Part shown: one piece after another, positions 52,893 to 60,087 of the stretch | Layout of the letters: each line of letters begins with the position of its first letter | Numbering within the stretch: the stretch's first letter is position 1 | Source: a bacterium | Lineage (GTDB): Bacteria; Patescibacteriota; Patescibacteriia; JAHIZJ01 | Assembly: GCA_030699685.1 (NCBI GenBank) | Contig: JAUYLJ010000007.1 | Span: forward strand, 1 to 60,087 | Reading direction: 5' to 3' | Length of the DNA stretch: 60,087 nt | Notes under the pieces: generated by a model | The model's database searches: none | Seen by the model: only the letters and a program-made list of their open reading frames with translations | What the model was told of the DNA's origin: nothing | Program-made: the position numbers and the translations under genes

Positions 52893-53522
52893 ATGGGCAG
52901 AAGTCTTGAACCAAAATGCAAACAATGCCGGCGAGCCGGTGAGAAACTCTTTCTCAAAGGAGAGAAATGTTTCACGAACAAATGTCCAATCGTGCGCCGG
53001 AATTATCCTCCTGGAGTGCACGGTGTGAACTCCCGCCGACGCTTGTCGAATTATGGATTGCAGCTTCAAGAGAAGCAGAAAGCAAAGAGGCTCTATCGCT
53101 TGGGAGAAACGCAATTCTATAACTATTACGCCAAGGCTGTAAAAGGAGAGGGCGAAACCGCTGAAAACCTGGGACGCATGTTGGAACGCCGGCTGGATAA
53201 CGTGGTTTTCAGACTTGGTCTCGGTATCTCCAGAGACCAGGCCCGACAACTGGTAAACCATGGCCATTTTCAAGTAAACGGCCGGTCGATGACTATCCCT
53301 TCGTACCAGGTGAAGGTTGGGGACACGATCAGCGTGAAGCAATCCAAGAGAGAAGACACCCCAATCCGAGAGACGCTGAAAAAAACAGAAAAGCTGGATA
53401 TACCAGCCTGGCTGAAGCGCGACCAGGCTGACATGACCGGCACAGTGACCAGTCTGCCAAGCGCTGACGAGCTGCAGCAGAACTTCCAGCCGCAGCTGAT
53501 TATCGAATACTACTCACGTTAA
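52893..53522 (+). CDS. rpsD: 30S ribosomal protein S4
   Basis: KCKQCRR.GEKLFLKGEKC, plus the S4 RNA-binding domain LERRLDNVVFRLG. Confidence 0.95.
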   Translation: MGRSLEPKCKQCRRAGEKLFLKGEKCFTNKCPIVRRNYPPGVHGVNSRRRLSNYGLQLQEKQKAKRLYRLGETQFYNYYAKAVKGEGETAENLGRMLERRLDNVVFRLGLGISRDQARQLVNHGHFQVNGRSMTIPSYQVKVGDTISVKQSKREDTPIRETLKKTEKLDIPAWLKRDQADMTGTVTSLPSADELQQNFQPQLIIEYYSR

Positions 53523-53554
53523 TTTTCTTTTTTCTTTAAATCGGGAGAACGAAT

Positions 53555-54382
53555 ATGGAACCAATTTTACTGCCCAACAGTATCAATGTCGAAACAGGCG
53601 ACGAGAATCAAGGAATTTTTACTATTGAGCCGTGCTATCCCGGCTATGGAACCACTCTGGGAAACGCTCTTCGGCGAGTTCTTCTTTCCTCGCTTGACGG
53701 TTCGGCGATTACGGCAGTTAAAATAAAGGGCGCAAGTCATGAATTTTCTGCCATCCCGGGAGTAAAAGAAGACGTGGTTGATATCATACTAAATCTGAAA
53801 AGCGTCAAAATTAAATGTCATTCTGACGAGCCGGTTACGGTCACCATAAAAGAAAAAGGGGAGAAAAAGGTAACGGCAAAAAGCATCAAAACCAGCAATG
53901 ACGTGGAAGTGGCCAACGGCGATCAGCTGATTGCCACACTGACTGACGCTTCCACCGAATTTGAAATGGAACTGACGGTGGAGCGGGGTCGGGGCTACAT
54001 GCCGGTGGAAAATAGAGAAAAGGAAAATCGTGATATCGGCATGATTGCCATTGACGCTGTCTATACTCCGGTGCGAAACGTCAACTTTGAGGTGGAAAAC
54101 GTTCGCGTCGGCCAGATGACGAATTTTGATAAACTAACATTGGACGTCATCACTGACGGGACTATGACCCCGGAGGAAGCGGTGTCAAAGGCCGCTGAAA
54201 TTCTCCGTGATCATTTTGTCAGCATTGCCGACGCGATCGATGTCGGTGACGGGAAGAAAGAAAAGGAAGAGGTATCTGAGAAAAAGAGCGCCAAATCCGC
54301 TGAGGCTGCCGAACCGAAGAAGAAAGCGGGTCGCCCGAAAAAATCAGAGGCCAAGGAAAAGAAGTCCGAAGAAGCCGAATAA
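53555..54382 (+). CDS. rpoA: DNA-directed RNA polymerase alpha subunit. The N-terminal domain is followed by a Lys/Glu-rich tail, and no recognisable alpha-CTD is present.
   Basis: The alpha-NTD reads FTIEPCYPGYGTTLGNALRRVLLSSL. The protein ends at 275 aa with ...KKEKEEVSEKKSAKSAEAAEPKKKAGRPKKSEAKEKKSEEAE. Confidence 0.9.
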   Translation: MEPILLPNSINVETGDENQGIFTIEPCYPGYGTTLGNALRRVLLSSLDGSAITAVKIKGASHEFSAIPGVKEDVVDIILNLKSVKIKCHSDEPVTVTIKEKGEKKVTAKSIKTSNDVEVANGDQLIATLTDASTEFEMELTVERGRGYMPVENREKENRDIGMIAIDAVYTPVRNVNFEVENVRVGQMTNFDKLTLDVITDGTMTPEEAVSKAAEILRDHFVSIADAIDVGDGKKEKEEVSEKKSAKSAEAAEPKKKAGRPKKSEAKEKKSEEAE

Positions 54383-54400
54383 TATTACCGTTGCTACGAC

Positions 54401-54853
54401 ATGCGTCACCGCCATACCACAAAAACTTTTGACCGACCCGCGTCGCAGCGTGCCATGCTACGGCGTAACCTGGCGGTAAGTTTGATACAGCACGAGCGGA
54501 TCACAACGACCGTGGCAAAAGCCAAGTGGCTCAGACCTTTTGTGGAGCGCTTGGTCACCAAAGGCAAGGCTCAAAACTTGGCCACGCGCCGGCTCTTGCT
54601 CCAACGTCTCAATAACAAATCAGCAGTCCGGAAATTGGTCAACGACCTGGCAAACCGGTTCAAAGCGCGCCAAGGCGGCTACCTTCGTATCACCAAGTCC
54701 GGATCACGAAAGGGTGATGGCGCCGAACAGGCCATCATTGAATTCGTAGACCGTCGCCAGGAGGCGGAAGTCAAGGTCGAATCAAAGAAATCAGCCAATT
54801 CCAAGTCCGATAAACCATCAAGCGATGCCAACAAAGACTCCAAGAAAAAATAA
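54401..54853 (+). CDS. rplQ: 50S ribosomal protein L17 with a Lys/Ser-rich C-terminal tail
   Basis: MRHRHTTKTFDRPASQRAMLRRNLAVSLIQHERITTT. Confidence 0.95.
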   Translation: MRHRHTTKTFDRPASQRAMLRRNLAVSLIQHERITTTVAKAKWLRPFVERLVTKGKAQNLATRRLLLQRLNNKSAVRKLVNDLANRFKARQGGYLRITKSGSRKGDGAEQAIIEFVDRRQEAEVKVESKKSANSKSDKPSSDANKDSKKK

Positions 54854-55208
54854 CCTGGAAACAGAAGAGCATGTTTTGGATGCCAGCACTGTTTCGTTTG
54901 GGAGATTGGCTACGCGCGCTGCCGAGCTGCTTCAGGGAAAACACAGGGTTGATTACGCGCCGAATATTGATTTTCCTGTGACGGTGCGGGTTGAAAACAT
55001 CAAGCAAATCAAAATTAGCGGCCGGAAGACCGAGCAAAAACTTTACTACCGATACACGGGATATCCCGGCGGGCTGAAAACCGTGGCCATGTCAGAATAC
55101 CTGGCTAAAGAAAAACCACGGGTGATTTTTTCTAAGGCGGTACAAAACATGCTGCCGAAAAACCGTCTGCGCGATCGCCGTATGCGCCGACTTATATTTT
55201 CTGAATAG
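54825..55208 (+). CDS. rplM: 50S ribosomal protein L13
   Basis: VLDASTVSFGRLATRAAELLQGKH...YYRYTGYPGGLK. It overlaps the rplQ tail by 29 nt. Confidence 0.92.
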   Translation: MPTKTPRKNNLETEEHVLDASTVSFGRLATRAAELLQGKHRVDYAPNIDFPVTVRVENIKQIKISGRKTEQKLYYRYTGYPGGLKTVAMSEYLAKEKPRVIFSKAVQNMLPKNRLRDRRMRRLIFSE

Positions 55209-55215
55209 AAAGACT

Positions 55216-55773
55216 ATGACTACCAGCGCCAAATCTTCCACAACGAAATCAGTGACCGCGAAAGCCAAGGCTCCGCGAAAGCGCGGCCGGCCAAAGAAGT
55301 CAGAGTCGGTGAAGCCCAGCGTCACGCAGAAACAGCCGGTTCGCAAAGAAATCGGCGATGATTCCAAAACCAAGCCTAAACGCAGCACCTATATTTTCGC
55401 GGTAGGAAGACGGAAGTCGGCCGTTGCCCGCGTTCGCTATCATAAAAAAGGCGAAGGAAAGTTTATCGTCAATGAAAAGCCTGTTGAGCAATATTTTACC
55501 ACCCAGGAACTCCAAGGCATTGCCAGACAGCCATTGGCGATCATGGGCGAATCGTTTGACGGGGATGTGACTGTCAAGGTGCGAGGAGGTGGAGTCCGCG
55601 GCCAAGCAGAAAGCGTGCGACATGGTTTGGCGCGCGCGCTGCTTCAGGTGGATAAAGAATTCCGCGCTCCGCTGAAAAAGGCCGGGATGCTCAAGCGCGA
55701 CGCCAGAGTGAAAGAACGGAAGAAATACGGCCTGAAGAGGGCGCGCCGGGCTCCGCAGTGGCAAAAAAGGTAA
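55216..55773 (+). CDS. rpsI: 30S ribosomal protein S9 with a ~55-aa basic N-terminal extension
   Basis: Core GRRKSAVARVRY...GGGVRGQAESVRHGLARAL...LKRDARVKERKKYGLKRARRAPQWQKR. Confidence 0.95.
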   Translation: MTTSAKSSTTKSVTAKAKAPRKRGRPKKSESVKPSVTQKQPVRKEIGDDSKTKPKRSTYIFAVGRRKSAVARVRYHKKGEGKFIVNEKPVEQYFTTQELQGIARQPLAIMGESFDGDVTVKVRGGGVRGQAESVRHGLARALLQVDKEFRAPLKKAGMLKRDARVKERKKYGLKRARRAPQWQKR

Positions 55774-55786
55774 TTCACAATTTCAA

Positions 55787-55842
55787 AATGTAAAATGTAA
55801 AGCTGTTTCGTTTTCTTCATTTTACATTCTTCACTTTACATT
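55787..55842 (+). other. Alternative-hairpin module built from AATGTAAA / TTTACATT repeats between rpsI and the flippase gene
   Basis: AATGTAAAATG (55787-97) pairs with CATTTTACATT (55818-28). Alternatively, AATGTAAAG (55794-802) pairs with CTTTACATT (55834-42). Confidence 0.6.
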
Positions 55843-55855
55843 CTACATTTGATCT

Positions 55856-57319
55856 GTGGCTGCAAGCTTTCACCCAGATAGGATAGCCAGAAATACGTCG
55901 TACTTGACGCTGGCTTTGGCGTTTCAAAAAGTTCTCTCCTTCGCGTATTTCGTCTACATCTCCCGAGCGGTTGGCCATGAGGATATCGGCAAGTACTTGT
56001 TCGCGTTATCGCTGACTACCATTTTCGGGATATTCATCGATATCGGCCTGAGCCCCATTCTCACCAGGGAGATCGCCAAAGACAGGGAAAAAACGCATAT
56101 CTTCCTTAACACCGCCACCACGCTGAAAATACTCACGGCTATTTTCGCTTATGGGGCGGTTTTCGCGATTATTAATATTTTGGACTATCCAGAGTTGACG
56201 CGGCATCTCGTATATATCGCCGGGTTCATTATGATTCTTGACTCGTTTACGCTCAGTTTCTACGCCGTGTTCCGCGGATACCAGCTCTTAAAGTACGAAT
56301 CCACCGGGGTGATTTTGAACAAAATCGTGGTCATCGGAGTAGGCGCGAGCGCCTTGCTGGCAGGGAAGGGCGTAACCTGGCTGGTGCTGGCCATATTTGC
56401 CGGAAGTTTTTTCAATGTTTTATACACCCTAGTTTTGCTCCTTTGGAAGGTGCGATGGCGGCCGCGTTGGCACTTGAATTTTACGGTGTTGCGCGCGCTA
56501 TTAAGGCTGGCACTGCCTTTCGCTATTGCCAGCATCTTTATCACGGTATTTGGCTATGTCGATACAGTACTTCTGAACATCCTTGGAGGCGAGAGAGGCG
56601 ACAGCTATACCGGCTGGTACGGAACGGCCTATAAATTAACCTACGCGTTCCAATTTATTCCCATTGCCGTGGCGGCGGCGGTGTTTCCGGCCATGAGCTC
56701 GTATTTCGTCTCCTCAAAAGAGCTGTTGGCCCGGACTTTTGATCGGGCGATGTATTATTTGCTGATTATCTCTGTCCCCATCGCTTTTGGAGTGATCGCT
56801 ATTGCCGATAAGCTGATCATGACCATCTGGGGAGAAGCATTTGAAGCGTCAATCCTGCCACTGCAAATATTGATCGTCAGTTTGGTTTTCCTTTTCGCCA
56901 ATTACCCCGTGGGTTCGCTTTTGAACGCGTGCAATCGCCAGACACGCAATACGGTCAATATTGGCGTTACCATGGTTGTCAGTGTTGTTTTGAACCTGGC
57001 ACTGATTCCCAAATATACATTTATCGGCACGAGCATTGCCTCGTTGATTTCCATCATCGTCATGTTTGCGCTTGGGTTCTATGTGGTCGGGCAGATCATC
57101 CGATACGATAAGAAATTTCTGGTGAAGACCTTAGCGAAGACGCTCATATCGGCTGTTATTATGTTCGCTATCATGTTGTTGCTGAAAGGCGCGCTCTCCC
57201 TCTTTCTGCTCATCCCCGTTGGGGTGGTCGTATATTTCTTGCTTTTGTTCCTATTGAGAGGATTTGGCCAACGGGAATACATGCGTATTTACCGGGCAAT
57301 TATGAATCGTTTGTCATGA
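55856..57319 (+). CDS. Polysaccharide/lipid-linked oligosaccharide flippase (MOP/Wzx family)
   Basis: 487 aa with ~14 TM helices. GTG start. Confidence 0.8.
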   Translation: MAASFHPDRIARNTSYLTLALAFQKVLSFAYFVYISRAVGHEDIGKYLFALSLTTIFGIFIDIGLSPILTREIAKDREKTHIFLNTATTLKILTAIFAYGAVFAIINILDYPELTRHLVYIAGFIMILDSFTLSFYAVFRGYQLLKYESTGVILNKIVVIGVGASALLAGKGVTWLVLAIFAGSFFNVLYTLVLLLWKVRWRPRWHLNFTVLRALLRLALPFAIASIFITVFGYVDTVLLNILGGERGDSYTGWYGTAYKLTYAFQFIPIAVAAAVFPAMSSYFVSSKELLARTFDRAMYYLLIISVPIAFGVIAIADKLIMTIWGEAFEASILPLQILIVSLVFLFANYPVGSLLNACNRQTRNTVNIGVTMVVSVVLNLALIPKYTFIGTSIASLISIIVMFALGFYVVGQIIRYDKKFLVKTLAKTLISAVIMFAIMLLLKGALSLFLLIPVGVVVYFLLLFLLRGFGQREYMRIYRAIMNRLS

Positions 57320-58455
57320 AGCGAACGCTTTTTGTCACGCTTGATTTTCCTCCTCGACGCGGAGGCGTGGCGCGCTATTATGACAATTTGGTAAAAGGAT
57401 TTCCGGCTGAGGACCTGGTGGTGCTCGCGCCCCCGGAAGCCGGGTCCGAACAGTGGGACGCGAAGCAGTCCTACAAGATTATCAGAGCGAAGCTGGTTTC
57501 CCGCATCCCTTGGATTTGGCCGAGATGGCTTCCGACTGTTTTCTTGCTGCTGAGGATTATTGACGAAGAAAAGATTCAGTCAATCCATGTTGGCCAGGTT
57601 TTACCGTTGGGCACGGCCGCGGCATTTGTCAGCGGGTTGAAGCGACTGCCGTTTTTTATCTACACGCACGGTTTGGATGTCACCTTGCCTCAGGCACAGC
57701 CGCGGAAAAAGGGCCTGATGAAAGACGCGCTGAAGCGGGCCAGGCTGCTCTTTGCCAACAGCCTGTACACGAAAAAAGAAATTATTTCGCTTGGATTGCC
57801 CGATAGAAAAATTGAAGTCCTCACGCCAGGCTGCGAGATCAACACTGAGATTGATCCTGACCTGGCGCAGAACATCAAGACGAGGTATCAGCTCGAAGGA
57901 AGGTGGATATTGCTGACAGTCGGAAGATTGGAAGAACGCAAAGGCCACGATCAGATTATCAGGGCCGTTAGCCGCTTGCGAGCGCTCATCCCTCATCTGA
58001 CATATTGTATCGTCGGTGAAGGACCGGATGACCAGCGCTTGCGGGCAATAGCCAAAGAGGAAAAGGTGGCCGATCGCGTGGTGTTTGCGGGTTCCGTTGC
58101 CGATGAAGAACTGTCTGCTTGGTATTCCTTGGCCAGCGTGTTTATCATGGTGCCAAGAGTTTTAGCCAACCGGGATGTTGAGGGTTTTGGTATTGTGTAT
58201 TTGGAAGCCGGGGCCTTTGCTTTGCCCGTGATTGGAGGGAGAAGCGGGGGAGTGAGCGAGGCAATACTGGAACGCGAAACCGGATTGCTGGTTGATCCCT
58301 ACAATGTCCATGAGATAGCGGGCGCGATTGGGAGGCTCCACGAAGAACCTGACTTTGCTACGAAGCTCGGCCAAAAGGGGAAAGAGCGGGTGCGAAGGGA
58401 TTTTCGCTGGCCGGATCGATCGCGGAGAGTTATTCAGCTGACGGAAAACTCATGA
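57316..58455 (+). CDS. Glycosyltransferase family 4 (GT-B)
   Basis: GRLEERKGHD...EGFGIVYLEAGAFALPVIGGRSGGVSEAI. ATGA overlap with the flippase gene. Confidence 0.88.
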   Translation: MKRTLFVTLDFPPRRGGVARYYDNLVKGFPAEDLVVLAPPEAGSEQWDAKQSYKIIRAKLVSRIPWIWPRWLPTVFLLLRIIDEEKIQSIHVGQVLPLGTAAAFVSGLKRLPFFIYTHGLDVTLPQAQPRKKGLMKDALKRARLLFANSLYTKKEIISLGLPDRKIEVLTPGCEINTEIDPDLAQNIKTRYQLEGRWILLTVGRLEERKGHDQIIRAVSRLRALIPHLTYCIVGEGPDDQRLRAIAKEEKVADRVVFAGSVADEELSAWYSLASVFIMVPRVLANRDVEGFGIVYLEAGAFALPVIGGRSGGVSEAILERETGLLVDPYNVHEIAGAIGRLHEEPDFATKLGQKGKERVRRDFRWPDRSRRVIQLTENS

Positions 58456-59642
58456 ATCCTCCTTACGACATCGTGATGTTCAATATGTCCAGCTTCCAAG
58501 AATGGGAAAGCGGCATCGTCAATAGGAATTTTCACGTCTTACGTCATATGCTCAACCGGCCTGAAGTGGGACGGGTGTTGGCCGTGGACTATATGCCTTT
58601 CAACCTGAAACGCGGACTGAAATCGTATCTTGAGTCTCAGGCCTTTGGCGTCAAAGGAAAGACAATCTATCGCGACATGACGAACCGATTAGTGCAGGTG
58701 GACGAGTCCAGGATTGGGAGACACGCCGGAAAATTATTCGTGTATTCAACCGTGGATACGATCGTGTCGGAAAACTTTGCTTTGCGCGGTATCAGGCGTG
58801 CCATTAAAAAACTTGGTTTTCAGCGTCCGGTGTTATGGTCGTATACTCCGATCTTCGTGGAACCTTTCCGGAATCTTGATGTGAGACTTCGAGTTTTTGA
58901 CGCGGTGGATGATTGGAGAAACCATTCCGCTTATGAAAAACAGCGAGAAAAACTGGAGCAGAACTACAAAATCATAGGCCGTAAAGCCGATGTTATTTTT
59001 ACGGTAGCGGAAGATCTTCAGTTGCTTTTTTCCGAGCACGGTCAGGCGCACTGGATACCGAATGGCGTAGATTTCGACCGATGGCAGGGCCAGTTCGACT
59101 TTCCAGATGATATGAGAAGTATCCCGGCTCCGGTTGTCGGATATGCCGGCGTGATTCAGGACCGGGTAGACGTCAAACTAATTCACCATCTGGCGGAAAA
59201 TAATCCCGAAAAGTCTTTTGTGTTTGTGGGAATGGTGTGGCCGGAGATCAGCAAAGGGCAGTTTAGCAACACTAAAAATGTTCACTTTCTTGGTCAGAAA
59301 ACCTACGACGATTTGCCGAAGTACATATCGCATTTCCATGTTGGAATTATCCCTCACAAAGTTGATCCTTTTACGCAGTCTATGAATCCTCTGAAACTGT
59401 ATGAATATCTTGCTTGCGGATTGCCGGTTGTCTCCACTCCCGTGGCGGGAATGGAGATGTTTGAAGATTGTGTGAAGATTGCTACTGACCCCGAGTATTT
59501 TAGCGAACAAATTGATTCAGCGCTTGATTCTGACACTCCTGAGCAGCGTCTTCGCCGCCGCCGCGCGGTCAAGCCGCATTCCTGGGACTCGCGAATAGAA
59601 AAGATGCTTGAGTTGATCAAGCAACAGCCTCAGTCAGTCTAG
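58452..59642 (+). CDS. Glycosyltransferase (GT-B fold, GT1/GT4-like C-terminal domain)
   Basis: NPLKLYEYLACGLPVVSTPVAGME. ATGA overlap with the upstream GT gene. Confidence 0.75.
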   Translation: MNPPYDIVMFNMSSFQEWESGIVNRNFHVLRHMLNRPEVGRVLAVDYMPFNLKRGLKSYLESQAFGVKGKTIYRDMTNRLVQVDESRIGRHAGKLFVYSTVDTIVSENFALRGIRRAIKKLGFQRPVLWSYTPIFVEPFRNLDVRLRVFDAVDDWRNHSAYEKQREKLEQNYKIIGRKADVIFTVAEDLQLLFSEHGQAHWIPNGVDFDRWQGQFDFPDDMRSIPAPVVGYAGVIQDRVDVKLIHHLAENNPEKSFVFVGMVWPEISKGQFSNTKNVHFLGQKTYDDLPKYISHFHVGIIPHKVDPFTQSMNPLKLYEYLACGLPVVSTPVAGMEMFEDCVKIATDPEYFSEQIDSALDSDTPEQRLRRRRAVKPHSWDSRIEKMLELIKQQPQSV

Positions 59643-59676
59643 ATTATTTTCCAGTGTATTGGTAAAATCACGTGAG

Positions 59677-60009
59677 ATGTTGAAAGAATCCGACTATGTC
59701 ATCGTTCGTACCTCGGTCCCGCTTGAACAAGCGGAGGCGGTGCGGCAATCGATGGGTGAGGCGGGAGCTGGTCAGCAAGGCCACTATATTCACTGCAGCA
59801 GTAGTTATCGTACGATCGGACGATTCACGCCGGTAGCAGGAGCGCATCCAGCCATTGGCGAAATTGGCAAAAAAGAAGTTGTGGAGGAGGAGGTAATACG
59901 CATGCTCTGTCACAAAGACAAAGTGAAAGTCGTAATTGACGCTTTGAAAAAAGCTCATCCCTATGAAGAGCCGGCAATTGACATTTTTCCGCGATTTGAC
60001 GTAGAGTAA
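59677..60009 (+). CDS. Stand-alone NIF3/YqfO cap-domain-like protein
   Basis: AGAGQQGHYIHCSSSYRTIGRFTPVAGAHPAIGEIGKKEVVEEEVIRMLC...ALKKAHPYEEPAIDIFP matches the insert domain of NIF3 proteins. An alternative TTG start lies at 59659. Confidence 0.6.
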   Translation: MLKESDYVIVRTSVPLEQAEAVRQSMGEAGAGQQGHYIHCSSSYRTIGRFTPVAGAHPAIGEIGKKEVVEEEVIRMLCHKDKVKVVIDALKKAHPYEEPAIDIFPRFDVE

Positions 60010-60051
60010 AGGCTCGCCGTACAGGGGTGGACTTGCACTCAGTCGCCGAAT

Positions 60052-60087
60052 GCCGGAGTAGCTCAGGGGTAGAGCAACGGTTTTGTA
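60052..60087 (+). tRNA. tRNA-Thr (anticodon TGT), 5' part only; it runs off the right edge
   Basis: GCCGGAG-TA-GCTC-AGGGGTA-GAGC-A-ACGGT-TTTGTA gives the acceptor stem, the D arm and an anticodon loop reading TGT. Confidence 0.7.

Noticed and set aside
1-60087. CRISPR arrays, rRNA genes, transposases or prophage genes
   Set aside because: No regularly spaced direct repeats were found, nor rRNA-like conserved blocks, nor DDE/tyrosine/serine recombinase-like ORFs on either strand.

Overview
The window reads as chromosomal DNA from a small-genome, CPR/Patescibacteria-like bacterium. That assignment is an inference from gene content: a type IV pilus operon, a split mur/dcw cluster, an RpoA without a C-terminal domain, lysine-rich tails on ribosomal proteins, and many orphan genes. 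The standard genetic code fits.

Layout:
- 1-218: rpmA, carrying an in-frame TAG.
- 0.3-9.6 kb, minus strand: type IV pilus operon (pilB, pilC, three pilin-like genes, pilMNO).
- 9.8-11.7 kb: GT-C glycosyltransferase.
- 12.0-26.5 kb: a permuted dcw cluster. The order is mraY, two orphan genes, murD-ftsW-murG-murC-murB, a G+C-rich two-gene insert, then a MraZ-box promoter with mraZ-rsmH-ftsL-ftsI-murF.
- 26.6-33 kb: orphan genes, a degenerate asparaginase-like gene coupled to a deoxyribosyltransferase-like/RHH fusion, ssb, and small membrane proteins.
- 33.1-34.2 kb: an unknown gene followed by a hydrogenase maturation protease.
- 34.3-36.0 kb: arsR, thioredoxin-like gene and permease, with two copies of one operator palindrome.
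- 36.1-43.0 kb: a visibly A+T-rich block of short unrelated genes (TauE, 2x Nudix, DUF3850, CopB ATPase, PHA-like protein, 3-TM protein, YdeN hydrolase). They are separated by structured palindromic repeats with integron attC-like ends.
- 43.0-46.2 kb: a minimal two-subunit [NiFe] hydrogenase operon, translationally coupled to two unknown small proteins and a GNAT.
- 46.2-48.3 kb: ABC-2 exporter.
- 48.4-51.4 kb: 988-aa NHL/FG-GAP surface protein.
- 51.6-55.8 kb: infA-rpmJ-rpsM-rpsK-rpsD-rpoA-rplQ-rplM-rpsI.
- 55.9-59.6 kb: flippase and two glycosyltransferases.
- 59.7-60.0 kb: a NIF3-cap-like protein.
- 60052 to the right edge: start of tRNA-Thr.

The two best candidates for something new are the attC-like cassette array, which has no integrase in view, and the orphan hydrogenase module. 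No CRISPR array, rRNA or transposase was seen.
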